Origin: Balamuthia mandrillaris
Lineage: Eukaryota
Assembly: GCA_031835245.2 (NCBI GenBank)
Contig: JAVKOQ020000006.1
Span: 248,001-312,000, forward strand
Length of the DNA: 64,000 nt
Direction: 5' to 3'
In this document: positions 61,216-64,000 of the stretch, one piece after another
Layout of the letters: the number at the start of each line of letters is the position of its first letter
How positions within the stretch are numbered: the first letter of the stretch is position 1
Notes under the pieces: generated by a model
What the model was told of the DNA's origin: nothing
Seen by the model: the letters and a program-made list of their open reading frames with translations, nothing else
The model's database searches: none
Translations under genes and position numbers: made by a program

Positions 61216-61878
61216 TTACTTCTTTTTGAAAACAAAATTAGTCTTTAAGCCAATAAGTTCAAGCTGTGTTGGCAAAATACTATTGTTTTTTCTGTCATAG
61301 ACAGCCATACCTTTCAATAAAGATGCATAATTATATCTTTGGTCTTCATATATGTCCAAATAGTTGGAAATTTCAATCATTTCAAGTCCATGTTGATCAG
61401 CTAATGCAAGTAAAGTAGGAAAATGAACCAAGTAATGATGCTGGTCAGGACTGCCACTCACTTGAAGCTTATAGTGAATACCAAAGAAGTTTGTATTACT
61501 GATTTCCGAGTCAAATGATATAGAAAAAAGGCTTCCTTTAGCTTTTGTTGAACTATCATTCTTTGCTTGCTTTTGTACTTTGTTCCTGTACTTACCACAA
61601 TGTCATAACACATTAGTATCACAAAAGTGGTTGAAGCAAGGTTGAAAGAAGGTACCAAATTGCAGAAGAGTCGGGTAGCACTCCAAAGAAAAAGCCTCCT
61701 TCTTTTAATACAGAGGACACATTGCCAAAGAAACACGAGGCAGTGTTGGGTGCGACAAATATCTCCTCCAATCCCACAAAGCATGCCACCAGATCATAAC
61801 ATTCGTTTTCGGGAACAAGTTGTGTATAAGGCCTCTTAACTTAACTAGTGAGGTTGTTGCATTGAGGGAGGAGGAGAG

Positions 61879-61927
<49 letters not shown>

Positions 61928-62305
61928 ACCGCATCAAGTGGATGGTGCTGTACAAAGTTTGCTGGAAATGGCTTTTTTAGTTCCCACCGCGTTTTGCTTT
62001 TCATAAGAGTGTCCAGAGATGGTTCTTCGGCATCAAGCAAGCATTAGCAGCCAACGCCAAAATACATGAACGAGATAGATACCAAAAGAGGTGTAGCTGG
62101 CCACGCCTGCACGCTTCCAATGGCCAAGATTGGCGCCGTTGCTGCTGTACAGCTCCAAAACTCGGTCGCCTGGGTCTGTCAGGTTCAGTATCAGCACTGC
62201 CTGCACCCAACGCTCGAAGTTGAGCACTTGCCATGTGGGGGACAACCGCTTCGCTGGTGGCGGTGGTGGCTGTTGTTGTGGGTAGGCAGTGGCCGCCTCC
62301 TCCAT
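61216..62305 (-). CDS. mRNA cap guanine-N7 methyltransferase-like protein (divergent paralog), multi-exon
   Basis: NFERWVQAVLI...GDRVLELY, YDLVAC, NVSSVLKEGGFFFGVLPDSSAIW, FGIHY, YLVHFPTL..LA...GL, IGL..NFVFKK. Confidence 0.8.
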
Positions 62306-62589
62306 TCTTTTTTTTTCAATAACGCGACAAGCTAATAGGGTGACAGGTACTCTACTCTTTTGGGCAATAATTCACCCTCTCAATGTTGCGACAAGCTAAT
62401 AGGGTAACAATCGCACCCTCCCTTCCCCGCCGCAGCAAGAGGGAAGGAAGGAGAGGAGGGCAGAGAGACAGCGAGAAAAGGAGAGAACAAAATATTCACA
62501 AGAGGGGAGGAGGGCTCTTCTTGAAACAAGTAACAACCTCTTTGTCTTCCACCTGCTCCTCCCTTCGCAACGAAGCATTAGCACTCACG

Positions 62590-63912
62590 TTATCGCATTT
62601 CCTTTTGAGGTTCTTGCATCAAACGCTGCGGCATGCCGTGTGGTTTCATGTTATTGCGTTTTTTCATTTGGGCGTGTTCTTCTGCTGATAAAAACTGACG
62701 CAACAGGTGAGCAGCCGCTACCTGCGCGTGGCCTAAGAAGAGCGGTCCCAGCAAAGGCATAGCCATGAGAAACACATAAGGCATTGTCATTCTGATGGAA
62801 CGCGTGAACCAGTCAGCGGAGATAGCAAGGGATGGAGCCACTGAAGGGGGAGAGAAAACGTACCCAAGCAAGGGCCATCTGTGTGCGGCCATCCATTTCT
62901 TCTCCTCTGTGAACGTCATGCCACAACAGGAACGTGTGTAAGTGGACATGAGAGCCCAGGCCAGGCAATCCGCTACCATAATGGCCTGTCCCACAACTGA
63001 CAAGAAGCTCACCGTGGACAGTGCTCCCAGCAGCACCATTCCCATTGCGAAACGCAAGTTGTGTTCGAAGAAGAAGTTTGAGGAGTATGACCAAGCTTTG
63101 TTGTGTAGGTGGGTTTCTGGCCATTGGTGTAACTTTTTCCTAATGCCTTGACCCAATGATGGCTCTATCCGGACAAGCTCCTCCTGGAGTAGGTGGTAGA
63201 AATGATCGTCAGCATGTTTACAGAAAGGACGAGAACAAGAGCCCAACCACCAGCAGGGGGGGGGGGGGGGTTACCAGGAATATGTGCTCAAAGTCAGCAG
63301 GGTGTTGGAACTTGGCGATGTAGAGTGTCCAAAGTGGTATCAAAAGGAGCAACTGCAGGATAAAAGTAGGAGCAGCAAGCAGCACCACAATGACCACCGG
63401 CAGTATAAACACCCCAAACACCAGCAGGTTGAGAATGCAGGATATCGTGAAGAGGTGTTCCATGAAAGCCTTGGGCTTGGTTGTGGACCAGTGCCACAAC
63501 CAGCCAATGAAACCCATCACCGCAGCACGAAGCCCCAGCCGCACAAATGTAGAGCGGCCATACCTGATGGTGGAGCTGCCCCCAGACCGTTCCTTCCGCT
63601 TGGTCCTGGGAGCGCTTGGCGGCAGCTGCCCGGTCTTGTTGTTGAGTTGCGCTGATGAATGGTCCTGGTTTGTGTTCATGCCGTGCTCGTGAAGGTGCAT
63701 ACACTACACGGGGGAATGCAGGCAGGCGGGTGGTCAGCGAGGCTCTTTGGGGTGTGTGCCCAGTCTGAAAAATAAACTGGAGGAGGAGAAAAGAGGAGAG
63801 GAGGAGGAAGAAGGAGGAGGAGGAGGAGGTCACTCACGCCACCTCTGGTACCTGTCAGTGTGTCAAGCCAGCCAGGGCGTTCCACCGCCACAGCAGCTAC
63901 AACCCCTTGCAC
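62590..63912 (-). CDS. Multi-pass membrane protein, possibly EI24/DUF540-like; 5' end uncertain
   Basis: Several hydrophobic exons; WMAAHRWPLLG...MAMPLLGPLFLGHAQVAAAHLL. Confidence 0.5.
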
Positions 63913-64000
63913 ACTCCCCTACTCGCCTTCCTCTCTGCCTTGCCTGTCTGCCCAGCAGCCCCTCCCACCATACGCTGTGCCTGTCTGCCCATCGGCCACC

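Overview
Gene-dense, intron-rich eukaryotic DNA with short GT-AG introns full of purine/pyrimidine microsatellites. It looks like a free-living amoebozoan (Balamuthia/Acanthamoeba-like); this is an impression, not a database result. About 20 host genes were read: rhomboid, Rab5, RapGAP, a secreted protein, a SNM1/Artemis-type nuclease, two tandem PH + coiled-coil paralogs, FANCE, SH3-RasGEF, GNAT, dephospho-CoA kinase, CDC27, DEP-PH, PARP, ZMAT5, RPL41, UVSSA and a cap-MTase-like gene. A CpG-depleted transposon island (~46.5-61 kb) holds a near-intact LINE and nested repeats. The standout is at 38.4-43.9 kb. There, an intact Fanzor2 (eukaryotic TnpB-like RNA-guided nuclease) with an extra N-terminal C2H2 finger has a candidate omegaRNA at its 3' end. 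A second, diverged copy of that scaffold lies 3.6 kb away, with a different 3' flank (putative guide), fused to a decayed Mutator-like DDE transposase. The Fanzor unit has a candidate 9-bp target-site duplication and sits inside a TA-flanked inverted-repeat unit, whose minimal palindromic form recurs at 27.8 kb. A U12-type intron is also visible in the RapGAP gene. Multi-exon coordinates are outer bounds read by eye.
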